DNA of 64,000 nt from a virus, in IMG/VR virus record IMGVR_UViG_3300042508_000910; one strand, 5' to 3'. The position numbers and the translations under genes are program-made. Each line of letters begins with the position of its first letter. Within the stretch, counting starts at the first letter, position 1. Positions 36,083 through 48,700 of this stretch are shown here, in pieces. The notes beneath the pieces are model-generated. The model did no database searches, was not told the origin of the DNA, and worked only from the letters and a program-made list of their open reading frames with translations.

Positions 36083-36610
36083 ATGTTATTAAATAATCCA
36101 ATCTTCATTAATCAAACAGATGCAGATAATAGGTACGTTAACACAACTGGCGATACAATTAATGGTAATATAAATGCATTAGGTAATTATTATGTAAAAG
36201 TAGCTAGACTCTCAGATCAAACAATACCACAAGATACAGATACAATTATTCAATTTTCTAGAATAACAGATCCTAATAATTGGTATAATACAGGAAGTTA
36301 TAGAATAAGCCCTACTATATCTGGTAATTATTGCGTCAATCTTATGGTGTCATGGAAGCAGGGGTCAGCTGCTAGAAATATTCAAACTAACGTTCAAATA
36401 AGAAAAGCTGGCAATACATTTGCTATTAATCAAACTCCAGTAGAGTCTGGATTAAATTTTTCAGTTTATGCATGTGGTATAACAACTTTAAATGGAACAA
36501 CTGGAGATTATATTGAGGCGACTGCGTATTCAGCAAATCCAACAAGTCAAAATCTTGTTGGTGAAGCAGTTGGCACTTGGACTAAGATGGAATTATTTAA
36601 ACTAAATTAA
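36083..36610 (+). CDS. Short fibre protein with C1q/TNF-like head
   Basis: ADNRYVN.TGDT..G stalk motif; P..SG.Y.V...GDYIE pattern. Confidence 0.55.
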   Translation: MLLNNPIFINQTDADNRYVNTTGDTINGNINALGNYYVKVARLSDQTIPQDTDTIIQFSRITDPNNWYNTGSYRISPTISGNYCVNLMVSWKQGSAARNIQTNVQIRKAGNTFAINQTPVESGLNFSVYACGITTLNGTTGDYIEATAYSANPTSQNLVGEAVGTWTKMELFKLN

Positions 36611-36658
36611 CCCCAAATTTGACTATAATATATATTATATAGTGTAATTTAATATACT

Positions 36659-37171
36659 ATGACTACTAAAATTGTGGATATTGCTGATGAGCTATTTCGT
36701 GAGCTTGGCGAACCTGATGATATAAGCATACCTTCTATTGCTTTCTGGCTAAGAACCAATATTGGGTCTTTGAATGTGCTTTTAAATAAGCCATATACTA
36801 TTGATTTATCTACTCTTGAAGTTGAAGATACATCAACAGATCCATTTGGTATAAATGAGAAGACAATTTTTAAGAAATTGTATACAATACATTACTATGA
36901 CCGTCAATTAAGAAAGACTCTTGTTAGTGTTTCATTAGATAGTGTCGTTAGTATTTCAGACGAAGGTAGTTCTGTTACCAAAGTAAATAAGAATGAATTA
37001 AGTAAAACATTTTCTAGCATCAAAAAACAAGAGATGGCCGAACTCTCTGATATGCTTAAAGCTTATTCAATTAACGAGATCACTCCATTACAGGTCGCAG
37101 GAGACGACACAATTCCTGGTCTTTCTACAGAAGGAGATCAGTCAATCAATATTTACAATAGGTCAAGATAA
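36659..37171 (+). CDS. Putative head-tail adaptor
   Basis: Position and size; D.GSSV..VNK motif. Confidence 0.5.
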   Translation: MTTKIVDIADELFRELGEPDDISIPSIAFWLRTNIGSLNVLLNKPYTIDLSTLEVEDTSTDPFGINEKTIFKKLYTIHYYDRQLRKTLVSVSLDSVVSISDEGSSVTKVNKNELSKTFSSIKKQEMAELSDMLKAYSINEITPLQVAGDDTIPGLSTEGDQSINIYNRSR

Positions 37172-37614
37172 TGCCAAGTCTACTTTCAGATGTAGAAATC
37201 TCAAATGCGACAGGAGTCATGGGTGACCTTTTCGACACTTTTTCTCGTCCAATAGTAATTTATAAAGAGCCAAAAAAAATCATTAATCAAGTATCTACAA
37301 ATAGTCTTCCTGGATATGGTGAAGCCGCAATTAAAACTAATATAACCTATATTCCTGTCAGCGGAACTTTCGAAGCTAAAGTAAAATATAATCCAAAGCA
37401 AGAACTTGAATTATTACCAGAATTGAAGAGTAGAGTTAGTAAAGGTATTGTAAAAATTAGAGTAGAACGACCTGCTAGAGATTTTATAGTTCAAAATGGT
37501 AAAACTGAAAAGATAATGATAGATAATAAACCTTTTAATGTTATTACTGATGATACAATGAAAAGATTTCTTACATCAGAATATTTTGTATTTTTCCTTG
37601 AGGCTGCCTCATAA
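37171..37614 (+). CDS. Putative head-closure protein
   Basis: Synteny and beta-rich character. Confidence 0.45.
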   Translation: MPSLLSDVEISNATGVMGDLFDTFSRPIVIYKEPKKIINQVSTNSLPGYGEAAIKTNITYIPVSGTFEAKVKYNPKQELELLPELKSRVSKGIVKIRVERPARDFIVQNGKTEKIMIDNKPFNVITDDTMKRFLTSEYFVFFLEAAS

Positions 37615-38231
37615 TGAAAGTTAAAATAAATCAAGCCAAAATTAATCAAGCTCTATTAAAAAATCCTAAGATGATTAAATTTATTAGAGATGAGATTTAC
37701 AGTTTAGCAGAGGAATATGCTGAGAAAAATAAACAAGAAATGCTTAATGAATTTGATAATCATCCAGTAACAAAAGAGATTGAAAACGGACCAGACGCTT
37801 CAAATATATCAAATACTCTTGCAGGAGATGGTAATCTTTTTAGTTATATTGGATTTAATGAAGGAGATAATCCTACAGAAGTTGTTAGAGATATTTTGAA
37901 TAATTCTGTTAAAGTTGATAGCCGCGCAAAAATTAGTGCTGATTCAAAAGGTTTAAAAATTAATTTCCCTATATCTGCTCCAACGCTTTCTGAAATAGAA
38001 TCTCAAACTCCTATGCCTTTTGAGGGCGGAAGAAGTTGGGTTCGTGGAATAGAAAAAGGTATTTCTGGATTTAGTAACTATATATTTAGAAAGTTTATAC
38101 AAGGTAGCAGATCTGGGACTGGAATACAAACAGAATCAGAAGTACGTACAGGCTCTTTCAAGCCAACCTCATATATGAAACAAATTTTAAATAAATTTTA
38201 TTTAAAAATTAATGCTAAAATTAACGCATGA
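37614..38231 (+). CDS. Putative neck/tail completion protein
   Basis: Synteny; GNLFSYIGF and SW..GIE.G motifs. Confidence 0.45.
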   Translation: MKVKINQAKINQALLKNPKMIKFIRDEIYSLAEEYAEKNKQEMLNEFDNHPVTKEIENGPDASNISNTLAGDGNLFSYIGFNEGDNPTEVVRDILNNSVKVDSRAKISADSKGLKINFPISAPTLSEIESQTPMPFEGGRSWVRGIEKGISGFSNYIFRKFIQGSRSGTGIQTESEVRTGSFKPTSYMKQILNKFYLKINAKINA

Positions 38232-39082
38232 AACCACAATTTGAAAATATATTAATGAGTAGTATGATACTTTGGTTTGACCATACTTTGGTAACAAAAG
38301 GCGAAGCATTTTCTAATCATGTTAGTGAATTCTATCCTATTACAAATATCTATAATGGATATTATAGTTATGGAGCCCCATTTAGAAATCTAATTAGAGA
38401 CGAATCTATAACTGGAGCTAATATTATTAGTGGAGTTTATTTAAATAATACATTTATTACAACTGGAGTAAGTGGACTTGTAGCTATAAATGCAGATCAG
38501 GGTCAATTATATTTTAATGTAGATCAATCATCTCATACGATAAGTGGTAATTATGCCGTTAAAGATTATGGCATATATTTAACCAATGAAAATGAAGAAA
38601 AGATATTATTTGAAACAAAATTTAATTTAAATCCAAAAACAATAGAGAATCCTACAGGATTGCCTATAAATGCTCAAACTTATCCAGCAATATATCTCAA
38701 AAATAATGGTGGTAATAATGATCCCTTAGCATTTGGAGGTCTGGACACAACCAATATTAATGTACGAGCTATAGTTATATCAGACTCTATATTTAGTATG
38801 GATGCTGTTACAAGCATATTTAAAGACGTAGTAAGAACATATGTGCCTATTGTTCAACCAGAGGAGATGCCATTCAACAGCTTAAATGGGTTAAAATCTG
38901 GCTATAATTATAATATTTTAACTAGTGGCAGAGCAGGTTCTACTAATAGTGCTTATATAAAAAATGTATATGTTAGCAAAAATGTAGTTAATAGGAGTCA
39001 ATATCAGGATCTTAACCCAGAGGCTATATCCTCATTTATTGATTTTGAGCTTGAAGTATATAGATATCCAAGATCTAGTTAA
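38228..39082 (+). CDS. Putative tail terminator
   Basis: Directly upstream of tail tube; YPAIY...P.AFGG. Confidence 0.45.
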   Translation: MKPQFENILMSSMILWFDHTLVTKGEAFSNHVSEFYPITNIYNGYYSYGAPFRNLIRDESITGANIISGVYLNNTFITTGVSGLVAINADQGQLYFNVDQSSHTISGNYAVKDYGIYLTNENEEKILFETKFNLNPKTIENPTGLPINAQTYPAIYLKNNGGNNDPLAFGGLDTTNINVRAIVISDSIFSMDAVTSIFKDVVRTYVPIVQPEEMPFNSLNGLKSGYNYNILTSGRAGSTNSAYIKNVYVSKNVVNRSQYQDLNPEAISSFIDFELEVYRYPRSS

Positions 39083-39144
39083 AAAATATACCAGAAAAAG
39101 AATAAAAACAGGTGTAATAAAGGTAAATATAGGAGAATTTTAAT

Positions 39145-40245
39145 ATGGCAAGAAATAGAGTAATTTATCAATCCGAAGCCCTTTACGCAGGACCAAGTCC
39201 AGCAACAGGCAATCACTTTTCCGCAGGAAATGTTGGCACAAATAATGTTAATCAATTACAACGTGTACAAACCTGCAATTATAGTTTCAACATTGCTCGC
39301 ACAGATGTTAATCAATTTGGTGAGCTAGCAGCTATTGATCGAGTAATTCTAGAATCACCAACCGTTTCTCTAGACTTTAGTTATATCCTAGGCAGTCTTG
39401 TAAACGAAGACGTTCTAGGTTTTGCACCTCTTGATTCATTTGATGTAACATGTATTTCTGGAATTTTGAATAAAACTCAAGACGAAAGAAATTATTTTAT
39501 TCGTACAACCGCAGAGGGTGCAGATGCTAAAGGCGTAGGTAGTGGCGTAGCAAATCAAAATGTTATCGGTATCGGAAATGGATTTATCACATCTTATTCT
39601 ACTGAAGCTTCTGTTGGTAATTTCCCAACAGTAACAGTTAATGTAGAGGGATTAAACATGCAGTTCGATGCTGGAGTTACTGGAAATCATATCCCAGCAG
39701 TTATCCCTACAGATGGAAGTAAAATAACAGGCAAGCTATATGCACTTCCAAATTATGTAAGTGATATTGGAAGTACCACTGTTGGTGCATTAAGTGCTCT
39801 TCGCCCAGGCGATATTACCTTTGATCTTGGTCAAGTTCAAGGTGGAGTTACTATTGCTGATGCAAAAATCCAAAGCTATACACTTAGCTTTGATCTTGCT
39901 CGTGAACCACTCCAAAAATTAGGCAGTAAATTCGCATTTGCAAGAGAAATTACATTCCCAGTTACAGTAAATCTAAGCATTGATGCTCAAGTTGGTGATC
40001 TAACAACTGGAAGTTTGGCCGATATTATCACTAATGATCTAGATTATGATTTACAAATCAATCTTAAACATCCAGTATCTGGCACAAATCAAGTATCCTA
40101 TAGACTAGAAAAAGCTAAATTAGACAGCCAAGAATTCTCTAGTTCTATCGGTGCTAATAAGTCTGTAACTCTAAACTTCTCCTCACAAATTGGTGGTCCT
40201 GGTCAAACTGATCGTGGACTCTTCATGAGTGGAGTTAAAGATTAA
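39145..40245 (+). CDS. Major tail tube protein
   Basis: Strong RBS, own terminator, lies between head-tail genes and chaperones/tape measure. Confidence 0.7.
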   Translation: MARNRVIYQSEALYAGPSPATGNHFSAGNVGTNNVNQLQRVQTCNYSFNIARTDVNQFGELAAIDRVILESPTVSLDFSYILGSLVNEDVLGFAPLDSFDVTCISGILNKTQDERNYFIRTTAEGADAKGVGSGVANQNVIGIGNGFITSYSTEASVGNFPTVTVNVEGLNMQFDAGVTGNHIPAVIPTDGSKITGKLYALPNYVSDIGSTTVGALSALRPGDITFDLGQVQGGVTIADAKIQSYTLSFDLAREPLQKLGSKFAFAREITFPVTVNLSIDAQVGDLTTGSLADIITNDLDYDLQINLKHPVSGTNQVSYRLEKAKLDSQEFSSSIGANKSVTLNFSSQIGGPGQTDRGLFMSGVKD

Positions 40246-40268
40246 TTAATAAATAATATTAATAATAA

Positions 40269-40306
40269 AGTACCCCGCTAGGTTAAACTTAGCGGGGTAT
40301 TTTTTT
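40269..40306 (+). terminator. Intrinsic terminator after tail tube gene
   Basis: TACCCCGCTAGG-ttaaa-CTTAGCGGGGTA plus T run. Confidence 0.85.
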
Positions 40307-40340
40307 GGTGTAATACATTGTAAGGTAAAAGGTAAAATTT

Positions 40341-40574
40341 ATGGAAAAAGGTGATCCTAAAATCAAGGAATATGTGCTATTCCAATTTCGTAGAAAAATA
40401 ACTAATTTATACAAACAATTCTTATTTATTCTTGAAGATGTAAGTAATTCTAAATATAATATATCTGATGAATCTTATCAGAAATATCGCAAACGCATAC
40501 TTGATGCAGGAAACGATACTATTCGTGAACTAGAGGAAGATTTAGCCAAACTTGAATTAAAATTAAAAGAATGA
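40341..40574 (+). CDS. Hypothetical protein
   Basis: ORF track. Confidence 0.7.
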   Translation: MEKGDPKIKEYVLFQFRRKITNLYKQFLFILEDVSNSKYNISDESYQKYRKRILDAGNDTIRELEEDLAKLELKLKE

Positions 40575-40831
40575 AAAAACTTTACTTTAAATACTCAGAA
40601 GAGTCTATCATAAAGAATAATCTTGAATTACAATCTATTCAAAGATCTTTAAAAGATTATGGAGTATTAAAGCCAACGTTTGAGGTCGTCACAAGTTCTA
40701 ATTTTTTAACTAAAAATTATGATAACTGGACAAAGGAAAAACAAAATAATTTTATCTTTCTTTTGGGTGGAAGAGTTCATCTAAAGAAAGTAAAAAAGTA
40801 TATAGAATCAATTGAAAGGAACAAGGAATAA
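40571..40831 (+). CDS. Hypothetical protein
   Basis: ORF track; coupled at both ends. Confidence 0.65.
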   Translation: MKKLYFKYSEESIIKNNLELQSIQRSLKDYGVLKPTFEVVTSSNFLTKNYDNWTKEKQNNFIFLLGGRVHLKKVKKYIESIERNKE

Positions 40832-41628
40832 TGAAAAAACTATTTGAATTTATGGTACCAAAAGAGGTTGAAGTCGAAGAAGTAGAGGCTTCAAAAAATG
40901 AAAAAGGTGAAGAAATTAAAGTAACCAAAAAGGTCTCCAAAAGAGAACAAACAAAGGTATTTCTTCGTAAACCAACTCGCGCACTTTTCGATGAAGCAGA
41001 GTTGTTCTATGGTGTTCGTTTATCAGAAGGCATTAAAGCTGGTCTCTTAACCCGCGCTCTTCTTGCTAAAAGATTCACTAATGATGGTGGAGTACTTAGC
41101 GAAGAGGAAAAGAATCTTTATGCTAATCTTTATGTAGCACTTTTTGAAAAACAAAATGAATTTCAAAAGTTGAGTATTAAAGATGAATCAGAGAGAACAG
41201 ATAACGAGAAGAGTAGATATAGAGAAGTTATTGCAGAACTCGCAGAACTAAGAACTCAGATTCAAGATTTTGAAACAGCTCAAGCTAGTTTGTTTGATCA
41301 AACAGCAGAGAACCGCGCAAGAAATAAAACAATCTTGTGGTGGGTACTTCAGCTATCTTATATCGTTGATGATAAAGGTAATGAAACTCCATTCTTTGGT
41401 GGAGGTGATTTTGAAAGTAAATTAAGAATCTACGACACCATGGAAGAGAATGGTACAGAATTTGAAAATCTTGTGTGCCGTAAACTTGCTTATTTTGTTA
41501 GCTTCTGGTATGTTGGCAGAGCATCTTCTCAGGAAGAATTCGAAAGACTTGCTGCAATATCTTCTGAAGAAAGTACTGTTGAAAAAGTACTAAAAGAGAA
41601 TCCAGCAGAAGCAAAACAAGAAAAATAA
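40831..41628 (+). CDS. Putative tail assembly chaperone
   Basis: Helical acidic protein between tube and tape measure genes. Confidence 0.5.
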   Translation: MKKLFEFMVPKEVEVEEVEASKNEKGEEIKVTKKVSKREQTKVFLRKPTRALFDEAELFYGVRLSEGIKAGLLTRALLAKRFTNDGGVLSEEEKNLYANLYVALFEKQNEFQKLSIKDESERTDNEKSRYREVIAELAELRTQIQDFETAQASLFDQTAENRARNKTILWWVLQLSYIVDDKGNETPFFGGGDFESKLRIYDTMEENGTEFENLVCRKLAYFVSFWYVGRASSQEEFERLAAISSEESTVEKVLKENPAEAKQEK

Positions 41629-41633
41629 AATGA

Positions 41634-42644
41634 ATGACGGATACAAGTTTAAAAATTGTATTCTCTGAGATAATAAAAGGATATTCCAAAAAGAATATCG
41701 AAGGATTCGGCACTTTATTTTTCAAACATATTAATAATCAAGATTCTGCTGATATAGACATATATAATCAGCAATTTGTTGAAAAAGCTAAAAAGATGGG
41801 CTTGCCAACAGAGAAAGATCAAGAAACATATCTTCTTAAAGAAGGCTTATGGGAAGAGTCTAAAAATAAAAGAATCAAAGAATTAGAGAATTTTATTATT
41901 AATCTAAGAACCACTAAATCTAAACTATATTTACAAGCCCAAATAGAGCAGATCAATAAAGAGATAGAGACAAATCAAAAAGAGCTATCTAAATTAAAAT
42001 TAGATAAAAAAGAATTAATTGGCTTCACAGTAGAAGATTATTCATTTAAGAAGATCAATGAGTATTATATGTTTGTTTCTTTATATAAGGATGAGAGCCT
42101 AAAAACTAGATTCTTTAATATTGATGATTATGAAGAGCTTGATAATAAAGAGATAATGAATCTTATTAGAGAATATAATGAAGTCAACATTAAATTTAAT
42201 GAAAAGAATTTAAAAAAGATAAGTCTTTCTAGTTATTTCTCTAATGTATTTTATTTAGCAAAAGATGATCCTTTTGTTTTTTATGGGAAACCCCTTGTTG
42301 AATTAAGTTTCTATCAAATAGAATTATTTAGTTATGCTAAATACTTCAAAGGTATTATATCTCAAGCCAAGAGTCGTCCATCTGAATATGTAATGTCTGA
42401 TCCAGACCGACTTATAGAATGGTTTGAAGGAACTAAAAATGCTGAAGAAGTATTAAATAAAAATAGTAAAGTTACTCAAAAGGATAATGTGGCGACATCT
42501 ATTGTAGGAGCCACATCAGAAGACTTGAAAAGATTAGGATTAAAAGAAGAGGATGATCCTAATACTATAGATTTAAATAAAGAAGCGGCCAAAAAGGGCG
42601 GTAAATTAAGCATGCAAGATCTTATCAAATTGCATGGTTTATAA
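41634..42644 (+). CDS. Putative tail assembly chaperone 2
   Basis: Directly precedes tape measure; L.FYQ..L..YA.YF pattern. Confidence 0.45.
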   Translation: MTDTSLKIVFSEIIKGYSKKNIEGFGTLFFKHINNQDSADIDIYNQQFVEKAKKMGLPTEKDQETYLLKEGLWEESKNKRIKELENFIINLRTTKSKLYLQAQIEQINKEIETNQKELSKLKLDKKELIGFTVEDYSFKKINEYYMFVSLYKDESLKTRFFNIDDYEELDNKEIMNLIREYNEVNIKFNEKNLKKISLSSYFSNVFYLAKDDPFVFYGKPLVELSFYQIELFSYAKYFKGIISQAKSRPSEYVMSDPDRLIEWFEGTKNAEEVLNKNSKVTQKDNVATSIVGATSEDLKRLGLKEEDDPNTIDLNKEAAKKGGKLSMQDLIKLHGL

Positions 42645-42714
42645 GAGAAATATTATATATACAACCGTAATATTTTTCCAATAAATGTGTAATTTATTAT
42701 AGGAAAAAGGCATT

Positions 42715-45700
42715 ATGGCTGGAAATATAGGAGATTTACAGTTTAATTTAACAGCAAATACATCCCAATTAGAAAGGGATGTAGCAGCAGCTTTAAGAAG
42801 ACTAGAGAGTAAAGGATTTAATCTTGGTGCTGGAATTAATGCTAGAGCATTTACTCAGCCTCTTGGTAGAATTACTGGCGCTGCAAACGAGTTCCAAAAA
42901 TCATTAGACGCTTCTAATGCTCGTGTTATTGCATTCGGTGCCTCTGCAGGAGCAATCTATAATGTCCAAAGAGCATTTACAGCATTAATTGGTAGTACCA
43001 TTGAGGTTCAAAAATCTTTAACAGATATTAATGTCATTTTAAATGCTAGCTCCAAAACTCTTGGTCAATTTGGTGATCAATTATTTGAAATAGCAAGAAA
43101 TAGTGGTCAAGCATTTTCTACTGTCGCTACTGCTGCTGGAGAGCTTGCTCGTCAAGGTTTAACAATAGAACAAACATTAAAAAGAACAAGTGACGCTCTT
43201 ATATTGGCTCGTCTTTCTGGATTAGATGCAGCTTCTAGCGTAGAAGCTTTAACAGCTTCGATTAATTCATTTAATCAATCCGCACTTGATTCAACTCAAA
43301 TTGTTAATAAATTAGCGAGTGTTGACGCTGCATTTGCAGTTAGTTCATCGGATCTTGCTGAAGCCTTAAAACGAGTTGGTAGTTCTGCTCAAGATGTTGG
43401 CGTTAGTTTTGATGAATTGTTAGCTATTGTTGCAAGCGTTAATCAAACTACAGCCCGAGGTGGAGCCGTTATTGGAAACTCATTAAAAACAATTTTCACT
43501 CGAATTCAAAGAACAGATGTTCTCGATCAGTTAGAATCTTTAGGAGTTGCTGTTAGAGATTTAGAAGGAAATACAGCTCCAGCGATTCAAGTTTTAACTG
43601 GTCTAGCTTCAAAATTTGATCAATTAGGAAGCGCACAAAAAGCACAAGTTGCAGAACTTGTCGGCGGCGTTTTCCAGATTAACGTATTAAAAGCCGCTTT
43701 AGGAGATTTGAGTCGAGAATATTCAGTCTTTGGTAACGCTTTAAAAGTTTCAACAAATGCAAGCGACGAAGCTATAAGAAGAAATGAAGAACTTAATAAA
43801 ACATTATCTGCATTATTAAATAGAACTGTAGCAAATCTAACAAAGGTCGGTAGTGAAATTGGCGGTTTAACTTTTGCTCCAGCTATTGAAAAAGTATTAA
43901 ATGGATTAAATACAGCTCTTGAAGGTTTTGATGTAAAAGGAGATAGCATAGGAAGTAAAATAGGAAAAGGAATCTTTGAAGGCATTGGGAGCTTTGTATC
44001 TGGTCCTGGACTTGCACTATTGATTGGCGTTTTCTTAAAAATATTTGGTAATCTAGCTAAATTTACAGGTGACGCTGCAAGAACTATTCTTGGATTAAAT
44101 AAAGAAGCTCAAGCACAAGCTCAAATACAAGAAAGAATTAATAATATTCTTGCTCAAAATCCACAACTTGTACAAAATATTTTAAATAAACAAACAACAC
44201 TCTTGCAAGTAGAAAGAGACATCTTAACAGTTATCCAAGCTCAATCTCAAGCTAGACAGCAAAGCGCTGCAGTTGCAACAAATATTAGCCGAGGTTTAAT
44301 ATCAAAAGGCGTAACAGTACAAGGTGGAGCAATTACCGCTAGAACAAAAAGTCAAGGATTTATTCCTAATTTTAGTGCTAATAGAGAGATTATGGGTGCT
44401 ATTTCTGGTGGATATATGCCTGGTCAAGTTCGTTCTATGAATATTCCTAACTATGGAAGAATAACTTACAACACAGCAGAAGAAGTTAAAAGATTTCCAG
44501 GATTATCTCAACCAGGAATTATGCCACCAGAAGGAAGTGAAGCAGGAAAAAATTATAAACAAAAATTTAAAAATAAATATGGAATTGATCCTTATGCAAG
44601 TAAAGGATTTGTTCCTAATTTTTTAAGTGCAGCACAAATTGCAGCAAGATTAAGGCGAAACGAAATGACTCAAGAAGAGGCTACAAGACTTGGTTATAAA
44701 TCTACGAAACAAAAACAAGCTGAAAGAACAACGCCTTCTGGAATTCCTGTTTCATCTCTTTCTCCTCTTTTAGCTCTAAGATCTACTGGTGGAAAACAAG
44801 GGTATACTTTTAAACCAAAAGATGGACCACAAGTAAATGTCACTTTTCCAGTTATACCATTTGATCAGCAATCTACTGGATTTAAACTTTCAGATTTACG
44901 AACAAATCTAGATAAAGTAATAGATAAATCTATCTCTGATTTTGCCACAAGTATATACAAAAGTAGAGAATTAACACCACCAATTGATCTTCCTTCAACT
45001 ATTGAGCAAGCCAGAAAACAAGCAGATGGTTTATCTGGTTCCATAGAGGGAACAATTGGTGGAATTTTTGAATCCGCATTTCGTGCTGCATTTGGTCGTA
45101 GCGTAAAAGCAACAAAAGGTGGAGCTAATTTTGATGTAGCTAAAATACCAAAAGATCTTGGTATATTTTTCCCAGGAGCTGTTACTGGTATTCCTGGAGA
45201 TTTTAAAAGTTCTGATAGTGATGAAAATCGTAGAAGTATGGCTTTAAAAGTATTAAGTAATCAGCAGCCAGCTTTATATAGTTTACTTACTAAAAGGACA
45301 GCCTCTCAAGGTTTTATTCCTAATTTTTCTCCTTTAGAAAAAGCTTTTAGCACAGAGAAAAGTCTTGGCGGAAAGCCAACTCTTGATTATAAAGAAGGCC
45401 TTGGTCTTTATGTTAGAGATGGTAAGACTCAACCTAACTTTGCAGCAGTAATGCGCGATCATCCAGAAGGCATGCAAAGAGCGATTAAGAATTCTAAAAT
45501 GATGCAAGGTATGTATGGTTCAGGAGGATTTATACCAAATTTCCAAGCTTTAGATCCAATGAGTATTTTCTTTCTTGCTCAAAGTTTCTTAGGAGGTGGC
45601 GGTAGAGACGCAGGAGAAGCAGAACAAATAAAATTAGAACAGAAAAGATATAGGGATCTTCTTAAAGAAAGAAATCTTAATTTGAGAGTGCTGAAAGAAC

Positions 45701-48700
45701 TTGAGAATGCAGCCGTTAGAGATGAAAAAGCTATCAGTTATGCAAGGCAAGAATATAATACATCTTTATCTAATTTAGCTCAATATCAAAAACAAGCAAG
45801 ACTAGAGGGACCAATCTTTACTGGAAGAGGTGCAACACAAGCTCAAAGAGCAGCTGATTTTGCAAGAAGAGGTGGAGTAGGTGGAGCTTTTGGTAGATTT
45901 GGCGCAAGATATGGTTCTGGTATTGCGCTTGCAGCACCACTTGCTACAGGTGTAGCTTCTCAATTTGTAGGAGATGATGTTACAAGAGTCGGCAGAGCAC
46001 AGAAAGCAGGTGTTACAGGACTTGGAACAGTAGCTTCTTTCGCTGGATTAGGAGCATTAGTTGGTGGCCCAATTGGAGCGGGTGTGGGAGCTACTGTCGG
46101 TGCAGGTATAGCTATATATGATGTATTTAAACAACTCAAAGATATAATGCCAGAAGTTGCAAAAGAAATAGAAGATGCAAATGAAAGATTTAATAATCTT
46201 AGCGCTGGAGCACAAGCATTAAATACATCTCTTGAGACGTTAAGGACAGTACAAGAAAGAAGCGATATTTCAGCAGAAACTCGTGCAAAATTAGTAGTTA
46301 AAGCAAATGAAGATTTTGCAAATGGACTAAATCAAATTGCTCTTGCCTCAAAACCTGCTGCAGATGAAATTTTAAAATTATATCAAACTCTTGGGGATAC
46401 TCCAGATCTTAGAGAAAGAATTAATTTAGAGTTAGCAAAATCTAGAGATATTTTAGATGTTTCTCAAAGTAAAGGTGGATTCATTAAAAGCTCTAAAGAT
46501 CTAGAAGGTTTACTCGATAGATTTGGTCCAGGATTCTTAACAGGCACAAAAGGTGTTTCAGATTTAAATGCAGAAGAATTAACAAGATATAGAGGTTTAA
46601 TAGGTCAACAAGCTCAATCTCTTTCAAAATATTTTGAAGGTATTACTGGTCGTGAACTAGATGTAAAAGGAATAGAAGATCTTAAAAGAATATATCAAGA
46701 AAGTAGCGGAAACCTTGATAAAATTAAACAAGGACTCTTAGGTTTAGATATACCAGCTAGCCAAGCAGAAGCTATTATTGCTCTTTTAGGAGAAGGAAAA
46801 GGTGATCTTTCTCCAGTATTTGATGCGATGTTAGAGATAGAGAAACGCATGCAAGCAATTAGAGATGCTCAAGCAAATATGCAAACTGAAATAGCAAGAG
46901 GAGCAAGACCAATTACAAATATAGCAGAATTACAACAAGCATTTCAAAGACCAGGCGGAATAACATCTACAGCTTTAGGAAGAATAGATTATAGGCAATT
47001 AAATGAAGGATTAGGAATAGAAAGAAATAAAGCGTTTACTCAAGATGCTATTAGTCAATTTACGACGCTAAGTAATGAAGTTGGAAATACTTCCAAAGGT
47101 ATTGAATTAATGAAAGGCTTTGTGGAGGAAGCGGCAAAAGCCCAGAAAGAATATAATGATGGAGTTATAACATTAACTCAAGCAAGCGAAAAATTAAAAT
47201 ATACTTTTGATAAAATCATGTTCTCTCAAAATGAATCAAGAATGTTTAGTGATGAAAGAGCACAAGCAGCTATGGATCTTAGACGTTCTGCTTTAAGACA
47301 AGGTAATTTTGCAGAAGGTTTTGCACCTGCCGCTTCATTCTTTGATAAATTTGGTGATAATGCAATTACAACAGCAGATAAAATTAATCAATCTTTTGCT
47401 AATCTTGCTGAAAATATGCAAACAGGATTTGAAGATGCATTTGGTGCATTTATAGATGGTACAAAAAGTGCAGAAGATGCATTTAGAGATTTTGCATTAA
47501 ATTTAGCTCAACAAACTATTAAAGAACAATTTAGTATTGGTTTAAGAAGTTTATTAGGTAATTTAACAGGAGGTGGTGGAGCTGCTACAGGTATTGGTGG
47601 AGGTGGTGGAATAGGTGGATTTTTGAATAATATTTTTGGAGGCGGCGGAGGAGGTGGAGGTGGTCTATTTGGTTTTGCAAGTGGTGGTAGAGTAAGAAAA
47701 TATAGTGGTGGTGGCTATGTTGATGGTGGAAGTGGAGTAAGAGATGATGTTCCTGCAATGCTAACAGATGGTGAATATGTATTAAGAAAAAGCGCAGTTA
47801 ATAGATATGGTCTTGGTATGTTAAATATGTTAAATGGTGGCGGAAGAGTAAGAGGATTTGCGACAGGAGGATCAGTTAGTGCTTTATTACAAAATGCTTA
47901 TGATTTTTATGGTGTTGCAGGAGAAAGATTAACAACCCAATATACTCCAGAAGCTTTTGCAACTACGGTAACTGGACCAGAACAATTAGGAAATGTACCA
48001 GCCCTAACTGGAAGATTCAACATCTCAGATCTTTTAAGTTCTCGTGCAATGGTAAATGAAGATAATCCAATGGTAGCATTAAGAAACGAAAGGTTTCTTG
48101 GAATGCAAAATTATCAACAACAAGTAGCTAATTTTAAAACAGGCTATAATGAACAAATGCGTCAAGTTGAAGAAGCTAGAAGAAGAGCTCAAGAAGAAGC
48201 AGATAGAATTAATTCAGAAAGAATGGCGGCTTACAATAGACAAAGAACAGGAACTTTAATTGGTGGTTTACTTAATGTAGGTTTACAAGCTTTTGGTGGA
48301 CTCTCTTCTTTAGGTGGTGGACTAGGTGGACTTGGCGGTGGTGGAGGTGGTGGATTAAATATTGGAGGTTTATTTCAAGATATCGCTGGAAGAGCTATTG
48401 GCTTCGTACAGAATGCTATTACTGGAGGTGGTGGAATGTCTGGAGGAACTGTAGGAGGTATTTCACCTGAACAACAAAAATATATGTCAGAACAGATTCG
48501 TCAAGGTCAAAGAGCTGGATATCAAGATCCATTTAGGCAACAAGCTCAATTATTTCCTCAATTTGGAGGAGCAGGAGGATATGGTGGCGGATTTGGCGGA
48601 AGTATGTTTGCTCAACCATCTTCTAGTTTTGGAGGATTTCAATATAATGTAGGATTAGGTACACCAGCAGGATTTCAAACTCAGTTTCAAAGTCCATTAG

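Larger units (their letters stand above)
13446..42692 (+). promoter_or_regulatory. Recurrent GTGTAA motif, putative late promoter
   Basis: At 13446, 14872, 16218, 18662, 20955 (GTGTAT), 25898, 36068, 36642, 39112, 40308 and 42687, each just before a gene start. Confidence 0.65.

Noticed and set aside
41590-41640. Programmed frameshift between tail chaperone genes
   Set aside because: No clear XXXYYYZ slippery heptamer near the first stop, and the second gene has its own ATG
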